DNA of 64,000 nucleotides, taken from assembly GCA_964637695.1 (NCBI GenBank), contig CAZWVF010000001.1:7445-71444 (forward strand). Direction: 5' to 3'. Numbering within the stretch: position 1 is the stretch's first letter; each line of letters begins with the position of its first letter. This DNA is from an uncultured Gemmatimonadota bacterium (GTDB lineage Bacteria; Blakebacterota; Blakebacteria; Blakebacterales; Blakebacteraceae). Under the pieces are notes generated by a model. The model saw only the letters and a list, made by a program, of their open reading frames with translations, made no database searches and was not told where the DNA came from. Shown here piece after piece: positions 38,366 through 52,355 of this stretch. A program made the position numbers and the translations under genes.

Positions 38366-39703
38366 ATGGCACAATACAGGTACCGGTTTCCGCTCGCTCT
38401 TCTAACGGTGATCGTTCTGGTCGCCGGTTCAGAACCTGTGTCCGCCCAGCAGCCCCTCAACCTCGATTCGTGCATTGTGGAGGCGCTGGCACATAATCCG
38501 CAGATCGGCAGGGCCCGGCAGCAGGTGAAACTGAGCGAACTGCAGAGGCGTCAGGCCTCCAGTGCACTTCTGCCGTCGCTTTCCCTCACCGGCGCCTTCT
38601 CCAGGTATACCAGCGTATCGCCCCAGAGGCTCCTCAATCCAGCGACGAACCAGATCGTGGAGGGAAGCTCGACCGCCCTGACCACGATGACATACTATTC
38701 GGGCCTCAATCTCTCACAGTCCCTTTACAACAGGTCGACAACGGCTCTTTACACCCAGGCGAGGGCAGGGGAGCAGACCGCCATTGCAGAGGCCGAAATG
38801 CAGAGCCAGCTGGTGGTGCTGCAGGTCTACCAGGCCTACTACTTCCTGCTGCGCGCCCAGCGGAACCTGGAAGTGGCCGAGACGGACACAGGCTACAACA
38901 CAGAACTGCTGCGGCAGGTGAAGACGATGTTCGAGATGGGCAACAGGGCGAAGGTGGATGTCCTACGTCAGGAAAGTGCCCTGGCACAGTCGCAGCAGCG
39001 CCTGATCTCGGCAGGGAACAGCGTCAAGAAGGCCAGGGCCGAGCTGAATTTCCAGATGGGTGCGGATCCGACGCGTCCCCTGGAGATAGTTGACGACCTG
39101 GAGCTGGTACCGCAGGAGGTTTCATTCGAAGCCTCTCTCGAGCAGGCAATGGTGTCGCACCCCGTTATCCGGCAGGCGTCGCTGAGGATCACGGCAGCCG
39201 AAGCCGGAGTCAATGCGGTCGCCGCCTCCCGCTACCCTTCCATGAATCTTTCGGGGAACTATTCGTGGCGGGGAGACTCATATCTCGACATTACCGACGC
39301 CTTCTCCAGCGACTACACATGGAGTGTCGGTGTCGGATTGTATCTGAACATTTTCGACGGTATGCGCACCGGGCTCAACCTGCAGAAAGCGCAGGTAAAC
39401 CTTGCGGGAGCCGAGAGGGACAGGTTCGATGCCGAACGGAATGTCATACGTGATGTTCACGGTGCGGTTCTGGATCTGCAGGAGGCCGAGCAGGTCCTTA
39501 AGACCGCCCGGCGAGCCGTAGATCTGGCCAATGAGGCTCTTCGGCTGGCCGAGGAAATGTTCCGGATCGGTTCGATGACACTGCTGGAAGTTAATGCCAG
39601 CCAGTTCGACCTGATAAATGCGCAGTATCAGGAGGTGCAGGCTCTGTTTAACTTGAAGATAGCCCGGGCCAGTCTCGATTATTCGATGGGCCTCCTTCGT
39701 TGA
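38366..39703 (+). CDS. TolC-family outer membrane efflux protein (OMF 3)
   Basis: ~445-aa protein with a signal peptide (MAQYRYRFPLALLTVIVLVAGSEPVSAQQ) and the TolC repeat architecture. The track ORF starts at 38270 inside the repeat element. An ATG at 38366 is preceded by AGGAG. Confidence 0.82.
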   Translation: MAQYRYRFPLALLTVIVLVAGSEPVSAQQPLNLDSCIVEALAHNPQIGRARQQVKLSELQRRQASSALLPSLSLTGAFSRYTSVSPQRLLNPATNQIVEGSSTALTTMTYYSGLNLSQSLYNRSTTALYTQARAGEQTAIAEAEMQSQLVVLQVYQAYYFLLRAQRNLEVAETDTGYNTELLRQVKTMFEMGNRAKVDVLRQESALAQSQQRLISAGNSVKKARAELNFQMGADPTRPLEIVDDLELVPQEVSFEASLEQAMVSHPVIRQASLRITAAEAGVNAVAASRYPSMNLSGNYSWRGDSYLDITDAFSSDYTWSVGVGLYLNIFDGMRTGLNLQKAQVNLAGAERDRFDAERNVIRDVHGAVLDLQEAEQVLKTARRAVDLANEALRLAEEMFRIGSMTLLEVNASQFDLINAQYQEVQALFNLKIARASLDYSMGLLR

Positions 39704-39809
39704 GCGCACTGCTCCGTAATTACGGTGATGTATCGAGAGCGCCGGAGCGTACGGCCGGCAGAGTGTAATATGGCTCCTGCTGCAGGGCAGGAAGGATCAG
39801 AGTGAAGAC

Positions 39810-41075
39810 GTGAAAAAACGACTTTTCATAATCGGTGGAATCATAATTGTTCTGCTCATGATAGTGGGAAATCTGCTCAATACGGGTGGCGGTGGTGTGG
39901 ATGTGATGGCAGAGGATGTAGGCAGGGGAACCGTTGTAAGCAGGGTGTCGGCCGCCGGACGGATATATCCGGTCATTGAGGTGAAGATAAACAGCCAGGT
40001 CAGCGCCCGCATTGAAAGGCTGGCCGTAAGAGAGGGGCAGCAGGTCGAGCGGGGAGATATTCTGGTGGTTCTCGACAGGACCCTCTACCAGGCAAGGCTG
40101 GAGGGGGCTGAAGCCTTTCTGAACAGTCAGAAAGCAAACGCGGAAGCCGCACTTGCCACCCTGCGCCAGGCCGAATATCTGCTGAACGAGCAGAAGGCAC
40201 TGGCCGAACAGAACCTCACATCAGAGAAGCTGCTGCGTGACGCTCAGAACGGTTACGACGCGGCGAAAGCCCGATACAACGCCTCGCTGGCCCAGGTCTC
40301 CTCCGCCCAGGCCACCCTTGAACAGGCGCAGGAAGACCTTTCCCGTACGACCATCAGGGCCCCGATGTCCGGCACCATAACCGCACTGGGTGTAGAAGAG
40401 GGGGAGATGGTGCTGGGCACCCAGATGACGATGGGTACCCAGATCATGGCCGTTTCCGATCTGAGCCGTATGGAAGTGGAAGTTGATGTGGATGAAACCG
40501 ATGTGGTTGCTGTAGCGGTAAATCAGGATGCAGAGGTTGACGTGGATGCGCTTCCAGACACGATACTGGCCGGCAGGGTTACCGAAATCGCCAATTCTGG
40601 CACAACACTCGGTGCCGGCACGCAGATGGAGGTGACCAACTTCGCGGTAAAAGTGGAACTGATCGACTCCGATCCCCGCCTGCGGCCGGGAATGTCCGCC
40701 ACGGTCGACGTCACAACGGAGACCAGAAACGACGTCCTCAAAATCCCGATTCAGGCGCTGACGGCCCGACGGTATAAGGACCTGGTGGTGTCTAACGAGC
40801 AGGAGGGGGAGGGAAGTGGACAGCAGGAACGCTCAGATGAGGAGGACGAATACGTAGAAGTCGTATTCGTCATACTGGAGGATAACACGGTTGAACTGAG
40901 GCGGGTGGAGTCCGGGATATCCGGAACCACCTATATCGAGATTCTCTCGGGCCTCGATGAGGACGAGAAAGTGGTGACCGGTCCCTTCCGTCTTCTGAGC
41001 AGAACGCTGAAGGATGGGGAGAGGGTAAAGGTTGTAGAAACATTGCTGGGTGAGGAGAATACGGGCAGAGAGTAG
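39810..41075 (+). CDS. HlyD/MacA-family periplasmic adaptor subunit
   Basis: 421-aa ORF with an N-terminal TM helix, a long coiled coil and a lipoyl motif ([16 protein letters not shown]). Confidence 0.8.
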   Translation: MKKRLFIIGGIIIVLLMIVGNLLNTGGGGVDVMAEDVGRGTVVSRVSAAGRIYPVIEVKINSQVSARIERLAVREGQQVERGDILVVLDRTLYQARLEGAEAFLNSQKANAEAALATLRQAEYLLNEQKALAEQNLTSEKLLRDAQNGYDAAKARYNASLAQVSSAQATLEQAQEDLSRTTIRAPMSGTITALGVEEGEMVLGTQMTMGTQIMAVSDLSRMEVEVDVDETDVVAVAVNQDAEVDVDALPDTILAGRVTEIANSGTTLGAGTQMEVTNFAVKVELIDSDPRLRPGMSATVDVTTETRNDVLKIPIQALTARRYKDLVVSNEQEGEGSGQQERSDEEDEYVEVVFVILEDNTVELRRVESGISGTTYIEILSGLDEDEKVVTGPFRLLSRTLKDGERVKVVETLLGEENTGRE

Positions 41076-41098
41076 TCGGCCTGAAGACCGGAGACGAT

Positions 41099-41845
41099 AT
41101 GATACGGCAGGGAGAACAGGCAGAAATGGCAACACCGATAATTCAACTGCAGGGGATCACCAAAGAATATAAAATGGGCACGCAGATCGTGCGTGCTCTT
41201 CGCGGTGTGGATCTGGATATATACAAGAATGAATACCTGGCGATCATGGGACCATCGGGATCGGGTAAATCTACCCTGATGAATCTTATCGGCTGTCTCG
41301 ATACGCCGACGGCCGGAACATACCATTTCGAAGGCGAGAAGGTCGAATCCATGACCGACGACGAGCTGGCAGAGATCCGCAACCAGAAGATCGGTTTCGT
41401 CTTCCAGACCTTCAACCTTCTGTCACGGGCTGACGCTCTTCACAATGTGGAACTGCCTCTGATCTACAGCGGTACGCCGGCAGGTGAACGGCGCAGGCGG
41501 GCCCTGCAAACCCTGGAAGACGTGGGCCTGGGTGACCGGGTCGATCACCGGCCGAACGAGCTTTCGGGCGGTCAGCGCCAGCGCGTGGCTATCGCGAGGG
41601 CGCTGATAAACAATCCATCAATCATCCTTGCCGACGAACCTACCGGTAACCTTGACACGACAACCGGCGAAGAGATCATGTCCGTACTCGAAGGGTTGTA
41701 TGAAAAGGGCAATTCGATCATCCTGGTTACCCACGAAGAGTATATTGCCGAGCATGCGACGCGGATCGTCAGGATTCTCGACGGCCTGATCGGATCGGAT
41801 GAACATGTAACGAGGCGCCGGAAGTCGAATTCGGTTCCGGCATAA
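41099..41845 (+). CDS. ABC transporter ATP-binding protein (MacB/LolD-type)
   Basis: Walker [13 protein letters not shown] signature LSGGQRQR, Walker [12 protein letters not shown]. Confidence 0.88.
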   Translation: MIRQGEQAEMATPIIQLQGITKEYKMGTQIVRALRGVDLDIYKNEYLAIMGPSGSGKSTLMNLIGCLDTPTAGTYHFEGEKVESMTDDELAEIRNQKIGFVFQTFNLLSRADALHNVELPLIYSGTPAGERRRRALQTLEDVGLGDRVDHRPNELSGGQRQRVAIARALINNPSIILADEPTGNLDTTTGEEIMSVLEGLYEKGNSIILVTHEEYIAEHATRIVRILDGLIGSDEHVTRRRKSNSVPA

Positions 41846-41871
41846 CTGCTGACGAGACGGCGGCCATGTAG

Positions 41872-43107
41872 ATGAATACTCTCAGATTCCTGGTTGAACT
41901 TCGTGAGAGTATCCTGGCCGCATTCCGCGCGCTGCGGGCGAATCTGCTCAGGTCGGTTCTCACAACGCTCGGTATAGTAGTCGGGGTTACAGCTGTGATC
42001 TCGATAATCAGCCTCATTCAGGGGCTCGACAGAACCTTCCGTGCCGAAGTGGCCAGCCTGGGGACCAATGTCGTCTACGTGAACAAGTACTCGTGGATCA
42101 ACATGGGGGATTTCTGGAAGTACAGGAACAGGAAGAACATCACCCTCAAACAGGCGGCCGCACTCGTCGAACAGGTCACCCTGCCGGTTGCTGCTTCCAA
42201 TTCTGTGAGCACCTCTTCCAATGTGAGATGGCAGGGGCGGACCGCCGGCGGCGTTTCGATCGAGGGACACACTCCCGACGGCAGGATAGTGCACGGGCTC
42301 GACCCCGAAAGAGGCAGGTTCTTTACAGATGTGGAAGCGAACGAACGCCGCCAGGTAGCCGTGCTGGGACACGGTCTCTGGTCGGACCTCTTTGAAGAAC
42401 GTGATGCTCTCGGAGAGAGGGTGCGAATTGGTGGTCACGCCTTCACCGTAATAGGGATAATGCCCGAACAGGGCAGCATCCTCGGAATGAGCCAGGATAA
42501 CCGGGTTATAGTACCACTCGAAACTGTGCTCAAGCTCTTTGGAACGCGCCGTTCCATCGGTATCGCCCTGCTGGCACCCAACGCCGAATCGATCCCCCTG
42601 ATAGAGGAAGAGGCACAGGGTATCATGCGGCGTATCCGCCAGATCCCGCCCGGCGAGGAGGACGATTTCGAATTCAACCGCCAGCAGATGCTTGTCGATC
42701 TCTTCCGCAGTCTGACGGCGGGTCTCTTTGCTGTGATGGTGGGCGTGGCTTCACTCTCGCTGCTGGTGGGTGGAATCGGGATCATGAACATCATGCTGGT
42801 GTCGGTTACGGAGCGCACAAGGGAGATCGGCGTGCGCAAGAGCGTGGGGGCAAAGCGTCGCGACATCATGTGGCAGTTCCTGGTCGAATCGATCGTTGTG
42901 AGCGGAGTGGGCGGTGTGATCGGGATGATTGCCGGCATCGGGATAGCCTTCGTTATCGCCGCGGCGACACCCCTTCCTGCAGCTGCCCCCATCTGGGCGA
43001 TCCTGCTCGGCCTCTCATTCAGTACATCAGTAGGGCTCTTCTTCGGAATCTACCCGGCGGCCAAGGCGGCAGGACTCGATCCGATCGTAGCCCTCAGGTA
43101 TGAATAG
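41872..43107 (+). CDS. ABC transporter permease, MacB-periplasmic-domain + FtsX family (paralog 1)
   Basis: 411-aa ORF with an N-terminal TM helix, a large periplasmic domain and a C-terminal FtsX 3-TM domain (IGIMNIMLVSVTERTREIGVRKSVGA). Confidence 0.85.
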   Translation: MNTLRFLVELRESILAAFRALRANLLRSVLTTLGIVVGVTAVISIISLIQGLDRTFRAEVASLGTNVVYVNKYSWINMGDFWKYRNRKNITLKQAAALVEQVTLPVAASNSVSTSSNVRWQGRTAGGVSIEGHTPDGRIVHGLDPERGRFFTDVEANERRQVAVLGHGLWSDLFEERDALGERVRIGGHAFTVIGIMPEQGSILGMSQDNRVIVPLETVLKLFGTRRSIGIALLAPNAESIPLIEEEAQGIMRRIRQIPPGEEDDFEFNRQQMLVDLFRSLTAGLFAVMVGVASLSLLVGGIGIMNIMLVSVTERTREIGVRKSVGAKRRDIMWQFLVESIVVSGVGGVIGMIAGIGIAFVIAAATPLPAAAPIWAILLGLSFSTSVGLFFGIYPAAKAAGLDPIVALRYE

Positions 43108-43116
43108 GGTAGGCAC

Positions 43117-44346
43117 GTGCCGATAGGGATAAGGGAGACAGGACGACTGGCGGCCACCTCGCTGATTGCAAACCCTCTCAGGACTCTGCTGACCAGCCTG
43201 GGTATAATCATCGGTGTGCTGGCCGTTGTGGGCATGAGCAGCCTGATAGAAGGATTGAACCAGTACGTCACAACCGAACTGAGCCAGGTCGGAAGCGACA
43301 CATTCTACATACAATCAAGGCCCAGCATAGAGATCCAGGTGGGGGGACACAGCAACAGGCAGGACTGGGAAGACCTGACAATCGAAGACAAGAGGGCCCT
43401 GGAAGACAACGCTCCATCGATACTCTTCGTATCAGCCTACTCCACCCACTTCGGTGTGGAGATCCGCTACGGCGGTGAAAAGACCAATCCCAATGTGTTG
43501 CTCTACGGCGCCGACCAGTACCTGCCCAGACTGCAGGGGCTCGACCTGGATGCGGGACGGTTCCTGGCCCCGATAGATGACACCAACCGCAGGAATGTGG
43601 CGATCCTCGGAGTCGACGTGGTGGAGACGCTCTTCCCCAATATCGATCCGCTGGGCAGGGAGATCCGGATAGACAGTCACCGCTACCGGGTGATCGGCAT
43701 ACTGGAACGTCAGGGAGAATTCCTGGGATTCAGCCAGGACAACCTGGTCATCATTCCCGTCTCCTCCTTCAGAAAGTACTGGGGCCGCCGCAGTGAGATA
43801 CAGATGGCCGTCATGGCCCGCACGGGTCGTATGCAGGAGGCGATAGACGAATCGATCGTGGTGCTGAGGCTCCGGAGGGAAGTACCGCCCGGTGAACCGA
43901 ACAATTTCGAGATAATGACGGCAGACGCGATCCAGAAGACCATGGACACGCTGATAATCGGCATAAGCCTTGTGATGGTGGGTATTGCCAGCATCAGCCT
44001 TCTGGTCGGCGGTATCGGCATCATGAATATCATGCTGGTCTCTGTTACGGAACGGACGCGTGAGATCGGGATCCGCAAGGCAACAGGGGCCAGAAGGGGC
44101 GATATCACAAGGCAGTTTCTGGTGGAAGCGATTGTGCTGAGCGGGGTCGGGGGAACTGTTGGTACTCTGCTTGGCGTCGGAATGGGTCTGCTGACAGGTG
44201 CCGTTACGCCGCTTCCGGCTGCGGTTCCCGTCTGGGCGCTTCTGGCGGCTATCCTCGTGTGCGGCGGCATCGGCGTTGGATTTGGAGTATATCCGGCCAT
44301 GAGGGCTGCAAGGCTCGATCCGGTCGAAGCACTGCGTTACGAGTAA
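43117..44346 (+). CDS. ABC transporter permease, MacB-periplasmic-domain + FtsX family (paralog 2)
   Basis: 409-aa paralog of the preceding gene with the same motif (IGIMNIMLVSVTERTREIGIRKATGA). Confidence 0.85.
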   Translation: MPIGIRETGRLAATSLIANPLRTLLTSLGIIIGVLAVVGMSSLIEGLNQYVTTELSQVGSDTFYIQSRPSIEIQVGGHSNRQDWEDLTIEDKRALEDNAPSILFVSAYSTHFGVEIRYGGEKTNPNVLLYGADQYLPRLQGLDLDAGRFLAPIDDTNRRNVAILGVDVVETLFPNIDPLGREIRIDSHRYRVIGILERQGEFLGFSQDNLVIIPVSSFRKYWGRRSEIQMAVMARTGRMQEAIDESIVVLRLRREVPPGEPNNFEIMTADAIQKTMDTLIIGISLVMVGIASISLLVGGIGIMNIMLVSVTERTREIGIRKATGARRGDITRQFLVEAIVLSGVGGTVGTLLGVGMGLLTGAVTPLPAAVPVWALLAAILVCGGIGVGFGVYPAMRAARLDPVEALRYE

Positions 44347-44604
44347 TCCTTTCAGATAGTAAACGGCCTTTTCCCTCGATCTCTGCGTCAGCCTTCCGTT
44401 TTCCTTGTGCGGCGTACAGTAATTACGCCTCCGCGTCACCCGTTGACTTCCTTGACCTCAAGGGAAAATCTTCGTTTACATTTCAGAAAGCAGATTGCAT
44501 TTCAAGCCGATGTTGTAACTGGGCTTCTCTTACCACATTTTACATACCTTATGACCTACAATCGTTCTTCGGAATCTGCGGCAGGCAGCCGGGATACGCA
44601 TTTC

Positions 44605-45672
44605 ATGCGCAGGGCGTTGAAACTCGCCGAAATCGGGCGGTGGTCAGCGCCTCCCAATCCAGCAGTTGGTGCCGTCGTTGTGGCAGGTGACTCGATCGTG
44701 GGTGAAGGGTTTCACCTTCGACCAGGTATGCCGCATGCCGAGATCGTCGCCCTCGAGAAAGCCGGCGATCAGGCGAGGGGCGCCACTCTTTATGTGAATC
44801 TGGAGCCGTGCAACCATCACGGTCGCACACCTCCCTGCACTGTCTCAATAATCGAAGCCGGAATAAGCAGGGTCGTTGTGCCCTGCATGGATCCTTCTCC
44901 AGCCGTCAGCGGCAGGGGACTGGAACGCCTCAGGGCAGCCGGTGTGAAAGTAGTGGAAGAAGTTGAATGTGAAGCGGCGTACACACTTAACTCCCGTCAT
45001 TTCAAGGCTGCCGGGGAAGGAAGACCCGCGGTTGTAGCCAAGGTAGCCCGAACCATCGATGGCAGGACTGCCCTGCACGGACCTAAGACCCTGGCTGTCA
45101 CAGGTGAGCCCGCACAGCAGTACGTCGGGCTCAGGCGCTCGGAAGTGAACGGGATAATGGTGGGCATAGGTACTCTGCTCGCAGATGATCCCAGGTTGAA
45201 TGCCAGAGCAGTTGATGGTTCACTGCTGGCGCGCCAGCCTGTACGCGTGGTCGTGGATGCTTCTCTCGATACACCCGATGATGCAACGGTGCTGTCAGAG
45301 CCCGGTGGGGAGGTAGTGCTGGTGGCTGCGGAGGGCTTGGAAGATGAATCGCGTGCTGAAAAACTGGCAGATGCCGGTGCCACTATTCTGAGAGTTCCGG
45401 TTGATTCGGACGGTCGTCTGGATGCTCTGAAAGTGTTGAGGGCACTTGCCGGTGAAGGGATGAACAGTTTACTCGTTGAGGGGGGTGGCAAGCTGCTTTC
45501 CTCTCTGGCTGCAAAGGATTTAATTGATTTCTGGCAGATATGGATCGGTCCGAAGATAATTGGGGCAGGGAGGGGAATATTGTTTGAAGCACTGGAAACC
45601 CCGATTCGCCTGGGTCCCTTACAGACATTGGAAGTTGGGGAAGACCTGCTTGTCAGTGCATTTCCGGAGTGA
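44605..45672 (+). CDS. ribD: Bifunctional riboflavin biosynthesis deaminase/reductase RibD
   Basis: CMP/dCMP-type deaminase zinc motif (HAEIVAL...PCNHHGRTPPC) plus a C-terminal RibD reductase domain. Start assigned to MRRALKLAE. The track ORF begins upstream at 44407. Confidence 0.9.
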   Translation: MRRALKLAEIGRWSAPPNPAVGAVVVAGDSIVGEGFHLRPGMPHAEIVALEKAGDQARGATLYVNLEPCNHHGRTPPCTVSIIEAGISRVVVPCMDPSPAVSGRGLERLRAAGVKVVEEVECEAAYTLNSRHFKAAGEGRPAVVAKVARTIDGRTALHGPKTLAVTGEPAQQYVGLRRSEVNGIMVGIGTLLADDPRLNARAVDGSLLARQPVRVVVDASLDTPDDATVLSEPGGEVVLVAAEGLEDESRAEKLADAGATILRVPVDSDGRLDALKVLRALAGEGMNSLLVEGGGKLLSSLAAKDLIDFWQIWIGPKIIGAGRGILFEALETPIRLGPLQTLEVGEDLLVSAFPE

Positions 45673-45696
45673 TGGCAGAAAGTTGAGGATGGCTGC

Positions 45697-46371
45697 ATGT
45701 TCAGCGGTATAGTAGAAACCATCGGGATAATCAGGAGGATCGAGGAGGGCGAAGCTGTAACCCGCTTTACTGTCACTTCCAGGCAGATTACCGAACGGCT
45801 TTCGATCGGTGATTCGGTCAGCACGGCAGGCGTCTGTCTGACCGTGGTGGAGATTTCCGGTGATGATTTCAGCGTGGAGGCTATTCCTGAAACACTGCGG
45901 TTGACCAGTCTTGGTGATCTGAAGGAGGGAGATGGAGTCAACCTGGAACTCTCTCTGACTCTGATGGATGGTCTGGGAGGTCACCTGGTTTCAGGGCATG
46001 TGGATGGAACGGGTGTCCGTCTCGATGGACCCACCGATGACTATCAGGCAAGGCCGCTGGAAGAGGGAGAGGTGATCCACTGGTACTCGGCACCAGAGTC
46101 TCTGATGCGCTACCTTGTGCCGAAAGGTTCGATCACAGTAGAAGGCGTGAGTCTTACAGTGGTCGACGTTGCCGGCAAAGCATTCTCGGTGGCGCTGATA
46201 CCCCATACGCTTGAAGAAACCACCCTGGGTCGGCTGCAGGTCGGCGGGAGGGTCAATCTGGAGGCCGATATGATCGCCAAGTATGTTGCGGAACAGCTGG
46301 AGCCCTACCTGCAACTGCTCCGGGGAGAAATGAAAGAGGTGACAGCTCAGGAGGATCAAAGAGCACAATGA
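45697..46371 (+). CDS. ribE: Riboflavin synthase (alpha subunit)
   Basis: MFSGIVE N-terminus and duplicated lumazine-binding halves ([13 protein letters not shown] / [12 protein letters not shown]). Confidence 0.9.
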   Translation: MFSGIVETIGIIRRIEEGEAVTRFTVTSRQITERLSIGDSVSTAGVCLTVVEISGDDFSVEAIPETLRLTSLGDLKEGDGVNLELSLTLMDGLGGHLVSGHVDGTGVRLDGPTDDYQARPLEEGEVIHWYSAPESLMRYLVPKGSITVEGVSLTVVDVAGKAFSVALIPHTLEETTLGRLQVGGRVNLEADMIAKYVAEQLEPYLQLLRGEMKEVTAQEDQRAQ

Positions 46372-47654
46372 GTGAATCAGAAGCAGAGACCCGACAGGGA
46401 GAGGGGAGCCCGGCACAGCTGGCTCCGACTCCCGGCTTCAATGCCATCGAAGAGGCGATCATCGAGATGCGGGAAGGCCGGATGCTGATCGTCGTGGATG
46501 ATGAGGATCGGGAGAATGAGGGGGACCTGTTGATGGCGGCCGACAGAGCCACACCGGAAGCCGTCAACTTCATGGCCATACACGGCAGGGGATTGATCTG
46601 CGTTGCGCTGACTCCCGAAAGGCTCGAACATCTCGATCTGGGACCGATGGTATCGGATAACACCGCCAAGCTGACTACGGCGTTCACGGTATCGGTGGAT
46701 GCCGTTGAGGGCACTACGACGGGAATCAGCGCCCACGACAGGGCCACGACGATAGAGATGCTGCTCAAGCCGGATACGAAACCCTCAGATCTGGCACGCC
46801 CGGGACACATCTTCCCCCTCCGCGCCGAGCGCGGTGGAGTACTGAGCAGAGCCGGTCATACGGAGGCATCTGTGGATCTGGCACGGATGGCTGGTCTGAC
46901 CCCTGCAGGTGTGCTGTGCGAGATCATGAGCACTGACGGCACGATGGCCCGCGTACCCGAACTGCTTGAATTCGCCAAAGGCCACGGTTTCAAGATAATC
47001 ACAATCAAGGATCTCATTGCCTATCGTCGCAGAACAGAAACACTCGTATCGAAAGTAGCCGAGGTAGATTTCCCTACCCGTTTCGGCGGATTCAGACTGC
47101 ACCTGTATGAAAGCAAGGTCGACGACCATCATCACATGGCAGTGGTCAAAGGGAATGTAGCTGACGGTGAACCGGTACTGGTCCGTGCGCACAGCCAGTG
47201 CCTCACCGGTGATCTCTTCCACAGCATGAGGTGTGACTGCGGTGACCAGCTCGAGGCAGCCCTCTCGAAGATAGAGGAGGGTGGCAAGGGTGTTCTGCTC
47301 TATATGCGTCAGGAGGGCCGCGGGATAGGACTGGCCAACAAGATCAGGGCATACGAGCTGCAGGACCAGGGCAGAGATACGGTGGAGGCCAATGTCGAAC
47401 TCGGTTTTGGAGTCGACCTGCGCGACTACGGTGTCGGCGCCCAGATCCTGTGGGACCTGGGTGTGAGACAGATAAGGTTGATGACGAACAATCCCAAGAA
47501 GGTAATCGGTTTGCAGGGACACGGGCTGTCGATCGTGGAGAGGGTACCCCTGCAGATAGATCCGAACGAAGTGAATGCAAGGTACCTGCAGACGAAGAAG
47601 GACAAGCTGGGCCACCTGCTCTCTATTGGTGACAAAAAGGGTGGTGAAGAATGA
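46368..47654 (+). CDS. ribBA: Bifunctional DHBP synthase / GTP cyclohydrolase II
   Basis: RibB motifs ([11 protein letters not shown]) plus the RibA zinc motif ([15 protein letters not shown]). ATGA overlap with ribE. Confidence 0.95.
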   Translation: MSESEAETRQGEGSPAQLAPTPGFNAIEEAIIEMREGRMLIVVDDEDRENEGDLLMAADRATPEAVNFMAIHGRGLICVALTPERLEHLDLGPMVSDNTAKLTTAFTVSVDAVEGTTTGISAHDRATTIEMLLKPDTKPSDLARPGHIFPLRAERGGVLSRAGHTEASVDLARMAGLTPAGVLCEIMSTDGTMARVPELLEFAKGHGFKIITIKDLIAYRRRTETLVSKVAEVDFPTRFGGFRLHLYESKVDDHHHMAVVKGNVADGEPVLVRAHSQCLTGDLFHSMRCDCGDQLEAALSKIEEGGKGVLLYMRQEGRGIGLANKIRAYELQDQGRDTVEANVELGFGVDLRDYGVGAQILWDLGVRQIRLMTNNPKKVIGLQGHGLSIVERVPLQIDPNEVNARYLQTKKDKLGHLLSIGDKKGGEE

Positions 47655-48157
47655 GTGTGAAGATTCTGGAAGGGGAGAGGTCCGGCGCCGGGCTGAAGAT
47701 CGGTATCGTCGCCGGCAGATTCAACAGCGAGGTCGTTGAGGGACTGCTGGATGGCGCCATGGAGGTCCTGAAAGAGGCTGATGTCACAGATAGTGATGTT
47801 GTTGTTGCATGGGTTCCCGGTGCGCTCGAACTGCCCCTGGCAGCGAGCAGGCTGGTTGAAAGGGAAGGGGTGGATGGTATCGTTGCCCTCGGATGTGTAA
47901 TAAGAGGCGAGACGGCGCATTTCGAGCATGTGTCCAGAGAGGCGATCTCCGGTCTCAACAGGATCGGTCTCGACCTCGGACTGCCGGTCGCTATCGGCAT
48001 TCTGACTGTTGAGAATATGGATCAGGCCAGGATCAGGTCCGGACTCGACCCCGATCCATCCGGCGGAAAAGAAGGACGCCGGAGACACCGCGGCCGGGAA
48101 GCTGCCGAAGCATGTCTTGAAATGATCAACCTGTTACACAGGATTGAAGACAGGTAA
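47651..48157 (+). CDS. ribH: 6,7-dimethyl-8-ribityllumazine synthase
   Basis: 168-aa ORF with lumazine synthase motifs (IGIVAGRFN...[13 protein letters not shown]). Confidence 0.95.
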   Translation: MSVKILEGERSGAGLKIGIVAGRFNSEVVEGLLDGAMEVLKEADVTDSDVVVAWVPGALELPLAASRLVEREGVDGIVALGCVIRGETAHFEHVSREAISGLNRIGLDLGLPVAIGILTVENMDQARIRSGLDPDPSGGKEGRRRHRGREAAEACLEMINLLHRIEDR

Positions 48158-48162
48158 CAGGG

Positions 48163-48579
48163 ATGGGCAGGCGGCGAAAAGCACGCGAGATAGTGCTTCA
48201 GACACTATACGCACAGGCGATCAACGGCGATCCGATGGAGGAGGTTCTAGAGGATCAACTATCGCAGGCAGAGTACGACGATGAGGTAACCAGTTTCGTC
48301 CGCCGGCTGGCGATCAAGGTGGATGAGGTGAAAGAGGAACTGGATGTGATGATAGCCGAGACGGCTAATAACTGGGAGATCGGAAGAATCGCACTGATAG
48401 ACAAACTGATTCTGAGGATGGGGTTGTGCGAACTGATCCACTTCCCCGATATCCCGCAGAAGGTCTGCATAAACGAGTCGATCGAAATAGCTAAGAAGTA
48501 TTCATCGGCTGATGCAAAGAGGTTTGTAAACGGTATACTCGATTCCATATATAGGGATCAGGTTCGGGAGGAAGCATGA
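48163..48579 (+). CDS. nusB: Transcription antitermination factor NusB
   Basis: 138-aa ORF with NusB motifs (AREIVLQTLY...RFVNGILD). Classic position after ribH. Confidence 0.9.
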   Translation: MGRRRKAREIVLQTLYAQAINGDPMEEVLEDQLSQAEYDDEVTSFVRRLAIKVDEVKEELDVMIAETANNWEIGRIALIDKLILRMGLCELIHFPDIPQKVCINESIEIAKKYSSADAKRFVNGILDSIYRDQVREEA

Positions 48580-49298
48580 GACTGGCCTTTATAAGCGATA
48601 TCCATGCGAATATTCATGCACTCAATGCAGCGGCAGAGCGTTTGGAACAGGAGGCTCCCGATAAGATCATCTGTGTCGGGGACGTTGTCGGCTACGGTGC
48701 ATACCCTCTCGAATGTCTCGACTGGGTGCGAGAGCACTGCGAGTTCACGGTCCAGGGCAATCACGATTTTCACGCTGTGGAACATTTAGAGGCGTACAAC
48801 TTCAATCCCAGGGCATATACAGCTCTGGCGTGGACCGGCGATCAGTTGAGGGAGGAAGACAGGCAGTGGCTGCGTGGGCTGCCCATCTCCGAGGTTGTTG
48901 ATGATGCCACGGTAATCCACGGTCACCCGTTGGTTCCGGAGGCCTGGCTATACATACTCGATGGTCACCAGGCGGATCTGGCTCTGCAGCTGGTGGAGCA
49001 GAGTTACGTCGTAACCGGGCACAGCCATATGCAGGGTTGTTTCCTCGAAGGGGAGGGGCGGACGAAGATGATCCATGATGAAGTCATCGATCTGAAGGGG
49101 CGCAGGGCTGTATTGAATCCAGGCAGTGTCGGCCAGCCCAGGGACGGCGATGCCCGGGCCGCCATGGCCATATTCGATACGGATGAACTGATCTTCACAC
49201 TCATCCGGATCGATTACGATGTCGATGGTGCGCGTGATGCTATTATAGAAGCGGGACTGCCGAAGGAACTGGGTGACCGCTTGCTGGTTGGATATTAG
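48576..49298 (+). CDS. Metallophosphoesterase (YfcE/MJ0936-like)
   Basis: 240-aa ORF with calcineurin-like phosphoesterase motifs (ISDIH...GDVVGYG...GNHD...GHSH). Confidence 0.75.
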   Translation: MRLAFISDIHANIHALNAAAERLEQEAPDKIICVGDVVGYGAYPLECLDWVREHCEFTVQGNHDFHAVEHLEAYNFNPRAYTALAWTGDQLREEDRQWLRGLPISEVVDDATVIHGHPLVPEAWLYILDGHQADLALQLVEQSYVVTGHSHMQGCFLEGEGRTKMIHDEVIDLKGRRAVLNPGSVGQPRDGDARAAMAIFDTDELIFTLIRIDYDVDGARDAIIEAGLPKELGDRLLVGY

Positions 49299-49356
49299 GA
49301 GATAGATAGAACATGAAGATGGCCCGGTAGAGGGCAGCGAGGGGAAATAACTGGTA

Positions 49357-52338
<2,982 letters not shown>

Positions 52339-52355
52339 AGAAAGGATTCTGACTG

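Noticed and set aside
44347-44604. Expected FMN riboswitch (RFN element) in the ~260-bp leader upstream of ribD
   Set aside because: I could not find the conserved aptamer cores (GGGCAGGGTGAAATTCCC, ACCGGCGGT, GGATG...GAGA closing P1) in the leader. The only FMN-aptamer-like string (CAGGGCGTTGAAACTCGCCGAAATCGGGCGGT) lies inside the ribD coding sequence (FMRRALKLAEIGRW), so the resemblance is coincidental. A cmsearch with RF00050 would settle it.
44407-44604. Upstream extension of ribD giving a 421-aa ORF
   Set aside because: The conserved RibD N-terminus starts at MRRALKLAE (44605). The extension has no homology and overlaps the leader.
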